Origin: a virus
Taxonomy: Duplodnaviria > Caudoviricetes
Reading direction: 5' to 3' (one strand)
DNA: 64,000 nucleotides
Virus record (IMG/VR): IMGVR_UViG_3300033121_002140
Span: 17,962-81,961 of that record
Positions 1 to 8,681 of this stretch are shown piece by piece. The notes under the pieces were generated by a model, which worked only from the letters and a program-made list of their open reading frames with translations, did not search any database and had not been told where the DNA came from. The translations under genes and the position numbers were made by a program. The first letter of the stretch is position 1, and each line of letters starts with the position of its first letter.

Positions 1-711
1 CCCCCACAGCAGCAGTGATCGCGTGACGCCACCTGCGATCGCCCGGCCCAGGTACGCGCTGAGCTCTCGAGAGGTGTGCGAGTGCAGGGGCGCGTCGTCA
101 GAGTCGGGCTCGAATGTGTGATTGACGTGGTCCGTGCTGCTGTAACTCGCTTCACGGTGACGACGCAGCACGATCGACCTGCCTGCGAAGTGCGTCCACA
201 GCGCCTCCCGGATCCGGGCCCGTGCCTCCTCGATCTGCTCGCTCCTGACGTACACGTGCTTGCTGGGCCTGTCGAACATGAGCCTGTCGTGCAGCCAGGC
301 CACCTCGCAACCGTCCAGGTCGGCCACGATGATCTGGATGCCGGGCCGGGTCGTCGCCATGATACGGCAGGACCTCCTGCGCAGGACCTCGATGATGGTC
401 TTGTTGAACTCGCTGGCGTAGGGCACGGCCCACTCGTCCCCGTCAAAGTACGTGTCGGGATCGACCTCGGCGGCCGTCACGAGCACCTTGCACACCCGCG
501 CGGCGACGTGCAGGAGGCCGAGTGCGGTGGGCTTTCCGCCCACCAGGGGCTGGACAGCGTCCGACAGGTCCTGCGCGAGCGCGACGCTGCGCCTGACGGG
601 GGGTTGGTTCACGAACGAGCGACAGACATCGAGCGCGCGCATCCCGCTCTGGACGGGCGCAGTGCGCATGATGCGCGCAGTGATCGGATCGCGTTGGGAT
701 TGGGACTGCAT
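1..711 (-). CDS. Hypothetical protein, 3'-partial (runs off window start)
   Basis: Manual translation from ATG at 711 (TGATG overlap with upstream stop): MQSQSQRDPITARIM...WAVPYASEFNKTIIEVLRRR..., open to base 1; absent from ORF track because it lacks a stop. Confidence 0.6.
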   Translation of the reverse strand, partial: MQSQSQRDPITARIMRTAPVQSGMRALDVCRSFVNQPPVRRSVALAQDLSDAVQPLVGGKPTALGLLHVAARVCKVLVTAAEVDPDTYFDGDEWAVPYASEFNKTIIEVLRRRSCRIMATTRPGIQIIVADLDGCEVAWLHDRLMFDRPSKHVYVRSEQIEEARARIREALWTHFAGRSIVLRRHREASYSSTDHVNHTFEPDSDDAPLHSHTSRELSAYLGRAIAGGVTRSLLLWG

Positions 712-1124
712 CACGCGACGGCTCCCGGCGCTGGGATGGTCACCACCATCCAAGTGAGCCCGACCCACCTGGGCGACTCGCTGTTGACGTCCTCGCAGGC
801 ATCGTCCCTGAACGTGACCTTGAGACCCATCGACTGCAGCCGCTGCAGCACCTTTCCGCACCAGCCCTTCCTCATGTCACGTTCGTCCTCGGCACACAGC
901 AGGTCGACCGTGCCCTGGCCCTGAGCGGTCGCATCGGCGACCCTCTTGGGCAGGCACTCCAGGAAGTCGTCCGCCTGCTTCCAGAGGGCCTCTTCCTCGG
1001 CCTGCCTCTTCCGCTCCTGCTCCTCGCGCTCGCGGCGCTCGTGTTCCTGCCTTTCGGCTGCGATTGACGGAGCGCGCCGAGCCCCCTCTTCGGCCGCACG
1101 CCTGATGTCTTCCATCGTCAGCAT
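711..1124 (-). CDS. Hypothetical protein (coiled-coil N-terminus)
   Basis: Start MLTMEDIRRAAEEG at 1124 overlaps stop of upstream ORF. Confidence 0.6.
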   Translation of the reverse strand: MLTMEDIRRAAEEGARRAPSIAAERQEHERREREEQERKRQAEEEALWKQADDFLECLPKRVADATAQGQGTVDLLCAEDERDMRKGWCGKVLQRLQSMGLKVTFRDDACEDVNSESPRWVGLTWMVVTIPAPGAVA

Positions 1125-1432
1125 CACCTCGACTCCTTCATCTGCTGTGCGATAGCGTTGAGCGCGATCAGGGGCCAGCCGCCCGAAGGCGCCATCCAGA
1201 CCCACTGGCCCATGTGGTCCTTGTTGAGGGCGACCTCGACGAAGTTGCTCCGGACGAGCCGATCGGACATGCCACGCGGCACACCCGGCATCGACTGCAC
1301 GACGCTGACGACGCGCGCACGGCAATTCTCGTTCGGGGGCAGCATCGCGCCCTCCCACACGATCCTGGGCGCGAGGTCGCCCGGTGCGCCAAGAGGACCA
1401 TCAAGCCCTCCCTGGTCTCTGTAGGGATGCAT
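1124..1432 (-). CDS. Hypothetical protein
   Basis: ATG at 1432 coupled to fpg stop (TGATG). Confidence 0.55.
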   Translation of the reverse strand: MHPYRDQGGLDGPLGAPGDLAPRIVWEGAMLPPNENCRARVVSVVQSMPGVPRGMSDRLVRSNFVEVALNKDHMGQWVWMAPSGGWPLIALNAIAQQMKESR

Positions 1433-2262
1433 CACTTCTGCCTTTCTGGGCACCACCACGTGGTGCGTCCGTCCAAAGTCTCCTCGGCGACCACAGCGAG
1501 CCCGTCTGGATCGTGCTTCCGCGCATAGCACATGAAGCGTGAGGTGGCGGAACCCACCTTACCCTCCGGGTCGCGATAGGACTCGATCGTGGCACCACCC
1601 AGGGCATACGATTCACGCAGCACCGCTATGATGGCCTCATGCAGCGCCACGATCTCATGCGTTCTGAGCCTGTGGACGACCCTGTGGGGCGACAACCGCG
1701 CGTGCCACAGGGACTCTGCTTTCACATAGTTGCCCACGCCGCTGATCGTGCCTTGGTCCATCAGGGCCTCTGCCAGCGTGGCCCTGGGACGTCGCAGGAT
1801 CCGCAGCGCGAACTCCTCGGGTCCCGGGGGCGCGGCCAGCATGTCAGGCCCGAGCGACGCGAGCTTCCGGTCGAGCGCGGCCTGCCCCTCCACGAACTTC
1901 AGGGTGCCGAAGTGCCGGACGTCGTCGAATGACAGCCGGACTCCGCCTTCCAGCTCAAACACGAAGGCGGGATGGGTGGGCTCAAGCGTGGTCCACCCGC
2001 CCGTCATGCCGTAGGTGCAGAACAGGTGCCAGCGGTCCGCGGGCGCGTCGTGCAGGCGACCTAGGCGCCACCACATGAACTTGCCCTTCACGTCGACCTC
2101 GAGCAGGCGGGCGTCCGGATCGGACGCCCACGTCCACTCCGCGAAGCCCACGGGAGGCGTGGTCACGTAGCGGCCGCCCGCCGTCCTGGCGTCCTGGACC
2201 CGGAGACCCACGAATTGCTGCAGCGCGTCCCGGCTGTGCCGGAGCTCAGGCCCCTCGGGCAT
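1432..2262 (-). CDS. mutM: Formamidopyrimidine-DNA glycosylase (Fpg/MutM/Nei family), lacking the 4-Cys zinc finger
   Basis: N-terminal MPEGPE, GKFMWW, DDVRHFG, LGPD, H2TH ALMDQGTISGVGNY, C-terminal RTTWWCPERQK. Confidence 0.93.
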   Translation of the reverse strand: MPEGPELRHSRDALQQFVGLRVQDARTAGGRYVTTPPVGFAEWTWASDPDARLLEVDVKGKFMWWRLGRLHDAPADRWHLFCTYGMTGGWTTLEPTHPAFVFELEGGVRLSFDDVRHFGTLKFVEGQAALDRKLASLGPDMLAAPPGPEEFALRILRRPRATLAEALMDQGTISGVGNYVKAESLWHARLSPHRVVHRLRTHEIVALHEAIIAVLRESYALGGATIESYRDPEGKVGSATSRFMCYARKHDPDGLAVVAEETLDGRTTWWCPERQK

Positions 2263-2467
2263 CGTCTTCTCCGCGCGGGGCCCGTCGGCCGACGGGCCCC
2301 CTGAGGTTCTCGATCGCGACCGTCATGATCCTCGTCTTGCCCGCCGAGACCCCGTAGTGCTCGGGCAGGATGCCCAGCACGACCACCGCGGGCACGCCCC
2401 TGCGTGTGTCCGTCCAGAGCACGAGGGCGAGTCCGTTCATGTCCCACCGAAAGAGCTCACCGGGCAT
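2246..2467 (-). CDS. Small SH3/KOW-like hypothetical protein
   Basis: MPGELFRW...GLALVLW...AVVVLG pattern shared with other small ORFs here. Confidence 0.5.
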   Translation of the reverse strand: MPGELFRWDMNGLALVLWTDTRRGVPAVVVLGILPEHYGVSAGKTRIMTVAIENLRGPVGRRAPRGEDDARGA

Positions 2468-2666
2468 GCCGTCCTCCTGGCATGAGCCTGCGCAAGAACG
2501 CAGTTTCCCATACGTTCTCGACATGACCAGAGCTGAGCAGCACCAAAACAACGTCCATTGCGTCGTCGTCTTTTCCCGTCGATCGTACGGCAAGGACGAG
2601 GCCCAGCTCACGGGTTCGATAACGCCCGATCAGCCATGTCTCTCCCGGACGCTGAACCTCAGGCAC
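2457..2666 (-). CDS. Small SH3/KOW-like hypothetical protein
   Basis: RPGETWLI...LGLVLAV...VVLVLLSSG. Confidence 0.55.
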   Translation of the reverse strand: MPEVQRPGETWLIGRYRTRELGLVLAVRSTGKDDDAMDVVLVLLSSGHVENVWETAFLRRLMPGGRHAR

Positions 2667-3243
2667 CGGGCGGCTCCGTCCACAGCGAGCCCTCGGTCTC
2701 CCGGGCGAGCTCGACCAGCTCCGAGAGCGGACGCAGGCATCGACGTTCCATCATGAGCAGGCCCTCGATGCCCGGGATCTCGCAGGGCCTGAAGAGCTCG
2801 GGCAGGCCCATGGTCCAGCCCGGCGCCTCGAACCACAGGTCGTAGTTTCGCACGCCTCTGATTGGCCATGGACCATCCGTTGGACCGAGCACGTCGCCCA
2901 ACACGTACGCGACGTGCGGACGCAGGTGACCAGGCGTGATGAGCAGGTTATTGCGCGAGTGCGGTCTCCTGCGCGAGAAGGTTGACTTGGCGTCGATCGC
3001 GAGCCCGCCGGCCCGAAAGTCGAGCCAGAAGTCCTCGGGGTGGTGCGCGCCCACGCGCGCCAGGTGTTCACGGCACCGCTCCAGCACGGTCGAACCCAAG
3101 TGCCTCGCCAGGGCGAGCTCCCAGCGGGCGCCGAGGTACGTGTGCCCATACACCTTGCGCTTGGCCTCGACCATGTAGACCGCGTACTCGTGCGCGGCAT
3201 CGTGATCCTCGGCCGGTCCCACCACGATGGGTTCCTGCGTCAT
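2659..3243 (-). CDS. Putative PD-(D/E)XK nuclease-fold protein
   Basis: GARWELA...PEDFWLDFRAGGLAIDAKS fits an E...D...D-x-K catalytic layout; promoter directly upstream of ATG 3243. Confidence 0.5.
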   Translation of the reverse strand: MTQEPIVVGPAEDHDAAHEYAVYMVEAKRKVYGHTYLGARWELALARHLGSTVLERCREHLARVGAHHPEDFWLDFRAGGLAIDAKSTFSRRRPHSRNNLLITPGHLRPHVAYVLGDVLGPTDGPWPIRGVRNYDLWFEAPGWTMGLPELFRPCEIPGIEGLLMMERRCLRPLSELVELARETEGSLWTEPPGA

Positions 3244-3250
3244 GCACAGG

Positions 3251-3279
3251 AACATAGCGCGTGGGCAGAGGCTTCTACA
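3251..3279 (-). promoter_or_regulatory. sigma70-type promoter, leaderless
   Basis: TGTAGA-N17-TATGTT-N7-ATG. Confidence 0.65.
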
Positions 3280-3505
3280 GCCGCATCTTGCTCCGCAGGG
3301 GATGCAACCAGGCGGGCGCAACATGCGACAGCAGCGTCTCGCCTGCACGCAGAACAGTCACCCAAGTATCCGTGGGATCGTCGTCCACCGCCAGCACCAG
3401 CACGGGCATTGGTGCCACGGACGCGATGTACGTGCACGTCATGCCCGGGCTCAACCTGCGACCGCGCCCGGTGTTGCCGGTCCGGACGACCTCATGCTTG
3501 CGCAT
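3275..3505 (-). CDS. Small SH3/KOW-like hypothetical protein
   Basis: LSPGMTCTY...PVLVLAVD...WVTVLRAG; TGATG coupling. Confidence 0.55.
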   Translation of the reverse strand: MRKHEVVRTGNTGRGRRLSPGMTCTYIASVAPMPVLVLAVDDDPTDTWVTVLRAGETLLSHVAPAWLHPLRSKMRL

Positions 3506-3933
3506 CAGCGCTGCCGGGGGTGCATGACCGGCTGGCCGCCCCTGGTCGGATCCTTGAAAGCAGCGTAGTCCAAGGCGTCCTGCCAGCCCTCGGGCGAGGC
3601 GGGAAAGCGGGCCGCGGGGGCAGGCGCCTCGTCGGGCCCGCGCTGGGCGGCCTTCTTGGGGTCTGCGAAGTGCGGGTCCATCTTGCGCCACCGCATTCCC
3701 GCCGCGGCCGTGGTGTTCAGGAGCACCAGCACCTTGCGGCCTTCGTAAGCACAGCGACGGCAGCTCGGGTACAGGACCTCGAGCACCATGTGCGGTCCGA
3801 CGGACTCGACCCGCTGGACCTGGAACTCGTCCGGTCTTGGGCTGTTGTCGCTCCCGTACACGGTGGGTGCATAGGAGATCTGAGGCCGGTTGGAACCGCA
3901 GTTGGGATCGCCAGGGGCGTGTCGACAGATCAT
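3505..3933 (-). CDS. Hypothetical phage protein
   Basis: VLYPSCRRCAYEGRKVLVL...DPHF; coupled at both ends. Confidence 0.65.
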   Translation of the reverse strand: MICRHAPGDPNCGSNRPQISYAPTVYGSDNSPRPDEFQVQRVESVGPHMVLEVLYPSCRRCAYEGRKVLVLLNTTAAAGMRWRKMDPHFADPKKAAQRGPDEAPAPAARFPASPEGWQDALDYAAFKDPTRGGQPVMHPRQR

Positions 3934-4466
3934 CTTCTCGTGTCTCCTGTCATCAGAGGTACACCACGTGACCGTCGCTTCGACACAGGCGGGGACTCCA
4001 CGACGATCGCCCCGTCAGGCAACAGCAGCGTCACGGTCTTGCCCAGGGCGTGTGCCTTCCTCACGGCGTCTTCCGTGCCGCCCGTCCTATCGGCAGCCAC
4101 CTGTGCGAGCAGGTCGTGACCCAGGCCCACGACGCGGGAATTTCGAGCATGAAGCAGCGCGGTGTGCACCCAGCGCGCTGAGCCCTTTGGTGCAGGCTCT
4201 GGCAGGAACCTGATCATGGTCAGGCCCATCGCTGCCGCGACCAGCTCTGCGCTCCGGTCCGCGCCCTGGGCACATCCGCCCGACACGAGGACGACAGGCC
4301 GATCCCGCGCGCGCTCGACCCTGTCGACCACCGCGAGCAGCACCTGGTCCCGGTCCGCGGCCGTGTCGCGCCTGCGCGAGCCCCCGACCGCGAGCAGCAC
4401 AACGTCCGTGGGCGGCGTCCACGGCAGCTCCGCCCAACCCACGACGTCGATCAGCTCGTGAGCCAT
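3930..4466 (-). CDS. SLOG/YspA-like (DprA-related) nucleotide-binding protein
   Basis: VGGSR, VSGGCAQGADRSA, ARNSRVV, GGTEDAVRKAHALGK. Confidence 0.8.
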   Translation of the reverse strand: MAHELIDVVGWAELPWTPPTDVVLLAVGGSRRRDTAADRDQVLLAVVDRVERARDRPVVLVSGGCAQGADRSAELVAAAMGLTMIRFLPEPAPKGSARWVHTALLHARNSRVVGLGHDLLAQVAADRTGGTEDAVRKAHALGKTVTLLLPDGAIVVESPPVSKRRSRGVPLMTGDTRR

Positions 4467-4651
4467 GGTGCCACGAAGACTGGGACGTAGGGTGCCCAGA
4501 CGTAGGCCACATCGCAGTACATGGGCGCATCTGTCCGGGGCTCCGCGTGGCCCACGCGCGGGCGGACGCCCACGATCATGCGGTCGATGTACTCACACAG
4601 GGACTCATCCGGCCGAGGACGTCGATCCCTGCTTTGGTCAACGTGCTCCAT
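4451..4651 (-). CDS. Small hypothetical protein ending in YVWAPYVP
   Basis: ORF fills the gap between coupled genes; start uncertain. Confidence 0.45.
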   Translation of the reverse strand: MEHVDQSRDRRPRPDESLCEYIDRMIVGVRPRVGHAEPRTDAPMYCDVAYVWAPYVPVFVAPWLTS

Positions 4652-4662
4652 GAGCAGCAACA

Positions 4663-4884
4663 CTACGTTGTGGCTCTGCCGTTCTTCAACCCGTGGACCA
4701 CCATGAGACCCTCGTGAATGATGTCTGTCAGCCTGCCAGACGCATCCAGCACGGAGCACGCTGGGTCGCCGCGTGAGACCAGCAGGCCGACGTGGTCCTT
4801 CGCGCCGTGGATCGCCCAGGTCGACCACCGCACGACTGCGCCGGGCCTGAGCCCGCGCCGCGGGATGGGGAAGTCACGCTTCAT
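4663..4884 (-). CDS. Small SH3/KOW-like hypothetical protein
   Basis: LRPGAVVRW...VGLLVS...SVLDASG; RBS GGAGAG upstream. Confidence 0.55.
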   Translation of the reverse strand: MKRDFPIPRRGLRPGAVVRWSTWAIHGAKDHVGLLVSRGDPACSVLDASGRLTDIIHEGLMVVHGLKNGRATT

Positions 4885-4900
4885 CGGAACCTCTCCGGGC

Positions 4901-5100
4901 CTACTTGACCCATGCCTTGGAGATGATCTCAGGCCGTGACTGGCCCGCCTTGAGCACGAGGCACAGCCAGCCTGGGGCATTCTGCCACATGATCCTCGAG
5001 GCCAACACCAGGCACGCGCCGGGTGCCAGGGATAGACGGTGCGCGCCAGGTCTCCTGGTGTAGGATCAGGATCATCCATGTCAGTGTCGGACTTGATCAC
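4901..5100 (-). pseudogene. Frameshifted small SH3-like gene (one base short)
   Basis: GTG start overlaps upstream TGA and gives PTPGDLART; the family core CLVLASR...WLCLVLKAG...WVK* lies in the -1 frame; span 200 nt = 3n+2. Confidence 0.55.
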
Positions 5101-5480
5101 CCGAGCACCGTCCGGGCGCCCGCCAGCAGCTTGACAGTGAGCAGGTCGGGCTTGAGCGCAGCCTCCATGGGCGTGAAGCAAAAGCAGCAACCCTCGGTCT
5201 CGTTCCAGGTCTCGACCAGGCCGTAGCCCTGGTCCGCCTCGTCGACCTCGACCCTGAGGACCTCGCACACGAGCGGTTCCCGCACGGTGCCGTAGTGCTT
5301 CAACACCACCAGCCTATCGCCCTGCCTGGCGTCGAGCCGGAAGCCGTCCTGGTTCGCGTTCAGGACCACGCCGTCAGGCAGGGACGAAACGTGGACGTTT
5401 CTGTGCAGTTTCTTGGGTGCCGGGCCCAGGCGGGGCTCGTCTGACTTCTTATCGGTGCCGGGCAGCTTGCGCCTGATCAT
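5097..5480 (-). CDS. Hypothetical protein
   Basis: MIRRKLPG start supported by promoter at 5486-5514. Confidence 0.6.
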   Translation of the reverse strand: MIRRKLPGTDKKSDEPRLGPAPKKLHRNVHVSSLPDGVVLNANQDGFRLDARQGDRLVVLKHYGTVREPLVCEVLRVEVDEADQGYGLVETWNETEGCCFCFTPMEAALKPDLLTVKLLAGARTVLG

Positions 5481-5485
5481 GGTCG

Positions 5486-5514
5486 AACCTACCACGGTCC
5501 GGACCCACCAAACA
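5486..5514 (-). promoter_or_regulatory. sigma70-type promoter, leaderless
   Basis: TGTTTG-N17-TAGGTT-N5-ATG. Confidence 0.6.
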
Positions 5515-5528
5515 CGGCATCGAATCTG

Positions 5529-6005
5529 TCAGTGAGCCGCGCACGCGCTGTTCGGTGCCGAGATCATGCCGACCGCGTGCGTTCGCTCGACCCTGGGTCG
5601 GGACTCGACCTCGCGCCTGAAGTACAGGTCACACCTGTGCGGTCCCGCGGACTGGACAGGCGGGACCGTGACGGAGACCAGCTCCCAGCCCAGCGATCCC
5701 AGCCTGTCCGCGACTCTGACGACCTCGTCCCGGTCGACCGAGCGCTCGTCCTTGTGCTCGAATGTCCTCATGGGTCCCATCTTACGTTCGTCAGGCTTGT
5801 CGCAACACGTCACCGCATGCTGGATGACGCCCAACGCGAGTCGGACCTGGGCCAGGGCATGGCCCAGCGCGCGCCTGCGCTCAGGATCCATGCCGTCGAG
5901 ACAACGGCACGGGCCGTTGGTGCCCTGCCCACGCGGGGGCATGATGCGGCATGAGTGACTCATGCAGCCCGCGGTCCTCAGGGCCTCAAGGACGCCTGAG
6001 ATCAC
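5529..6005 (-). CDS. Hypothetical protein with C-terminal DUF4177-like segment
   Basis: LGSLGWELVSV...LYFRRE; GTGA coupling to alkB stop. Confidence 0.5.
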   Translation of the reverse strand: MISGVLEALRTAGCMSHSCRIMPPRGQGTNGPCRCLDGMDPERRRALGHALAQVRLALGVIQHAVTCCDKPDERKMGPMRTFEHKDERSVDRDEVVRVADRLGSLGWELVSVTVPPVQSAGPHRCDLYFRREVESRPRVERTHAVGMISAPNSACAAH

Positions 6006-6703
6006 GGTGCCTCCCGGCGCACGTCCAACGGCGCCCACTCTGCTCGGGTCCGGGAGTAGCCCCTGAAGGTGAGCGAGACCCTGGGCCCGCATGGCCGGCT
6101 CGCCTTCGGGATCCTGTGCTGCCATGCCTCCTGCATGCCCGGCGCCATCAGGCACAGGCTCCCTCCCGTGAGGAGCAGGCGCTCGGTGGGTCCTGAGTCG
6201 ACGCGGCGTCCGGCGCCGATCCGCTCGATCCCGCGACGGTCGGGCACCGCCCCGTCGCGCCTGTCGCCCTCCGCCTCCACGAGTGCGGGAGGCTTGGGTC
6301 GGAACCAGATCTCGCGCGCCGCCCCGAGGCTGACCACGGCGATGGGCCGTGCGTCGTCCATCTCGGGCGAGTCGTCCGCGTGCCAGCCCAGGTGGTCCGA
6401 GCCGTCGTCGTAGCGGTTCAAGAAGCACACCTCGAAGGCAGTGCCCGTCCGCGCCTCCAGCGCGGTCCTGACGGCGACGATCGCTGGGTGCCAGGGCGAG
6501 GGCACGTACAGGCGACGGCCCCTGCCGCGACCGTACACGTACGGGTCAGGATAGTCGTTGCAGTAGTACTCATGCCTGGGCGTGTCGCCCCTGCGCTCCC
6601 ATGCCAGCTCCTCAAGCAGGGTGCGCAGCACATGCGAGTGCTCGGGCACGAAATCGTCGATGTGTTCGACAGGAGCCTTGTCGGCAACGGGATCGTCGTT
6701 CAT
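6002..6703 (-). CDS. alkB: AlkB-family 2OG-Fe(II) dioxygenase (ALKBH2/3-like)
   Basis: CFLNRYDDGSDHLGWHADD (HxD), VSLGAAR, WQHRIPK, RVSLTFR. Confidence 0.92.
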   Translation of the reverse strand: MNDDPVADKAPVEHIDDFVPEHSHVLRTLLEELAWERRGDTPRHEYYCNDYPDPYVYGRGRGRRLYVPSPWHPAIVAVRTALEARTGTAFEVCFLNRYDDGSDHLGWHADDSPEMDDARPIAVVSLGAAREIWFRPKPPALVEAEGDRRDGAVPDRRGIERIGAGRRVDSGPTERLLLTGGSLCLMAPGMQEAWQHRIPKASRPCGPRVSLTFRGYSRTRAEWAPLDVRREAP

Positions 6704-6741
6704 GGCCTCAGGCGACTGTAATGCATGGCAGGGCGCAGTTT

Positions 6742-7005
6742 TCACCGTGTGCCCGGCTCGACGAACAGCTCCCCGTCGGAGAAGAGAGTCAGCCTGCTGT
6801 GCGTGGGACCATCCTGCCAGAGCAGCATGCACATCCTGGCACAGACGACACGACGCGTCGTGGTCTCGAGCATGTGGGCATTTTTGGACGGCGTCGCCGG
6901 CACGGACGAGAGCACGAGCGGGGCAGGCATCCCGAACCACAGCGTGTCGAGCGCCCGGCCTGGCAGCAGATCGTGCTCGCAGAATTTTCTAGGAGCCTGC
7001 ACCAT
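6742..7005 (-). CDS. Small hypothetical protein, possibly SH3-like family
   Basis: LLPGRALDTLW...; start uncertain. Confidence 0.4.
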   Translation of the reverse strand: MVQAPRKFCEHDLLPGRALDTLWFGMPAPLVLSSVPATPSKNAHMLETTTRRVVCARMCMLLWQDGPTHSRLTLFSDGELFVEPGTR

Positions 7006-7459
7006 GAGCACCCACACGCGTCAGCGCCCGCGTCTTCTTGCCCAGCCACTCCCAGTAGCGCACCAGCGCATGGTCCCTCGGGGGTTCATCGCCGATGATG
7101 CCGCGACAGAAGATGTCGTGCGCCCGGCCAGCGTACTGGCCCACGCCCAGGAGGTCCCGCGAGTCCACCCAACCGGGCCTCAGGTAATCCCGTGAAAGCC
7201 CGATGAGGGTCACTGCCCTTCTGTTGCCGAAGCCCAGGGGCGTGACCAGAGCAGACACGTCGGCGACGTCTGCGTCAGACAGGGCCCGCGCGGTGGGCCA
7301 GAGCGAGAGGAACGTGGGCAGCACCCGCTCGACCTGCCGGCGCTGGGTGCAGTTGAGCATCACGCACGCGACCAGGATGGCCCACTCGTCTGGAAAAAGA
7401 TCCTCTTGAATCAGGCTGTAGGGGCTTCTGGGTGGGCACCAACCGAGCTTGATGGGCAT
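6989..7459 (-). CDS. MBD4-like HhH-GPD DNA glycosylase (stand-alone catalytic domain)
   Basis: PPRSPYSLIQEDLFPDEWAILVACVMLNCT...PLGF..RRA...GVGQYA..AHDIFC...PRDHALVRYWEWL parallels the MBD4 glycosylase domain including catalytic D-H. Confidence 0.85.
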   Translation of the reverse strand: MPIKLGWCPPRSPYSLIQEDLFPDEWAILVACVMLNCTQRRQVERVLPTFLSLWPTARALSDADVADVSALVTPLGFGNRRAVTLIGLSRDYLRPGWVDSRDLLGVGQYAGRAHDIFCRGIIGDEPPRDHALVRYWEWLGKKTRALTRVGAHGAGS

Positions 7460-7472
7460 GGCTCCTCTTGGA

Positions 7473-7763
7473 TCACGAGGCGTCGAGCGCCTCGAGCTCG
7501 AGCACCCGAGCGCGACCGGCCCGGGACAGGCCCTGCACGACGATCATGACCACGGTGCCGCGACTGTCCAGTGCAGCGCCCCACACAGCGGTGTGAAGCT
7601 GCTGTCGTCGACCCCACGGCACGGAACGACCGCTGGATTCGACCCAGAGGACCAGGAAGGGCCCGCGCTCGTGGCACCAGTCGTCCAGCCTGTCGTCGAC
7701 GATACCGGTGACGTCGCGCAGCACCCTGCCCGGTCGGATCGACGGGACCATCTTCTTGCCCAT
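7473..7763 (-). CDS. Small SH3/KOW-like hypothetical protein
   Basis: IRPGRVLRD...PFLVLWVE...WGAALDSRG. Confidence 0.55.
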   Translation of the reverse strand: MGKKMVPSIRPGRVLRDVTGIVDDRLDDWCHERGPFLVLWVESSGRSVPWGRRQQLHTAVWGAALDSRGTVVMIVVQGLSRAGRARVLELEALDAS

Positions 7764-7769
7764 CGTCGG

Positions 7770-8144
7770 TCAGGGGCATCGCTCGACGACCCAGAGCGCG
7801 TAGTACATGTCGGCACCGAACCTGCCGTGGTCGTCGTCGAGGCCCAGCTTCGTGGGCCTGTCCACCGTCACGACGCACGTGTTCTCGGTCGCGTCCTCGG
7901 GCCGGACGTTGAGGTCGAACCGCCTGTAGTCGGCGCGGTTGTGCATGGAGTACGCGCGGACCGTGAGCCTGCCGTACAGCATCCCCTCCGGGTCGTCCAC
8001 CGTGACCCTGTGGACCGTGCCATGGAACAGCACGCGTTCCTCCCCGCAGAGCCGGCGGAGCCGGCGCACCTCCACCGTGTCGCCTGCCTTGACCCTGAAG
8101 ACCTCCAGCAGCGCTCGGGTCGCCTGCCTCTCGATGTCGCCCAT
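7770..8144 (-). CDS. Hypothetical protein
   Basis: MGDIERQ start preceded by TGTTCC-N17-TACATG-N6. Confidence 0.55.
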   Translation of the reverse strand: MGDIERQATRALLEVFRVKAGDTVEVRRLRRLCGEERVLFHGTVHRVTVDDPEGMLYGRLTVRAYSMHNRADYRRFDLNVRPEDATENTCVVTVDRPTKLGLDDDHGRFGADMYYALWVVERCP

Positions 8145-8192
8145 GCGGGTCATGTACCACACCCGTCCGGCGTGGAACACCTGAGCGCTTGC

Positions 8193-8600
8193 TCACCTGT
8201 AGGCGGTGGCGGTCGCCGGACGAGGGCATTGCCCGCGCCAACCCAGCTCACGCGCGGTCAGGACCAGGCGCGTCAACAAAGGACGCACAGCCCAGTCAGG
8301 CACGCGGATGACCTGCGGCGCGCCGCCCGCAGGCGTGTACGTGAGCACGACGTCGGTCATGATCTTGGTCCTGGTCCGCATCTCAGCGGCACCGCAAAGC
8401 TCGTACATCACGGCCGTCATCGAGTAGAGGTCGTTACGGTGCGCCAACTCGACGACGAGATCGGATGCGCCCCATTCGACGATCCTGATCGTCACGGCGT
8501 CCGAGTCTGCCTTCTCACGCCTGACCACCACGTCGCGACCAGGTCGCAGCTCGCCGAGCCACCATGTCCACCACTTTTTCAGCTTTTTCAGGACACTCAT
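8193..8600 (-). CDS. Hypothetical protein
   Basis: MSVLKKLKKWW start with promoter at 8607-8635. Confidence 0.6.
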   Translation of the reverse strand: MSVLKKLKKWWTWWLGELRPGRDVVVRREKADSDAVTIRIVEWGASDLVVELAHRNDLYSMTAVMYELCGAAEMRTRTKIMTDVVLTYTPAGGAPQVIRVPDWAVRPLLTRLVLTARELGWRGQCPRPATATAYR

Positions 8601-8606
8601 GCATTG

Positions 8607-8635
8607 ATCATACCATCGTGCAGAGCACGATAACA
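8607..8635 (-). promoter_or_regulatory. sigma70-type promoter, leaderless
   Basis: TGTTAT-N17-TATGAT-N6-ATG. Confidence 0.7.
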
Positions 8636-8669
8636 CCCATTTCGCTTGGTTCGACCTTGGGTCCACAGC

Positions 8670-8676
8670 ATAGCTA
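8670..8676 (+). promoter_or_regulatory. Putative late-promoter heptamer
   Basis: ATAGCTA 5 nt before ATG 8682. Confidence 0.6.
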
Positions 8677-8681
8677 CGACC

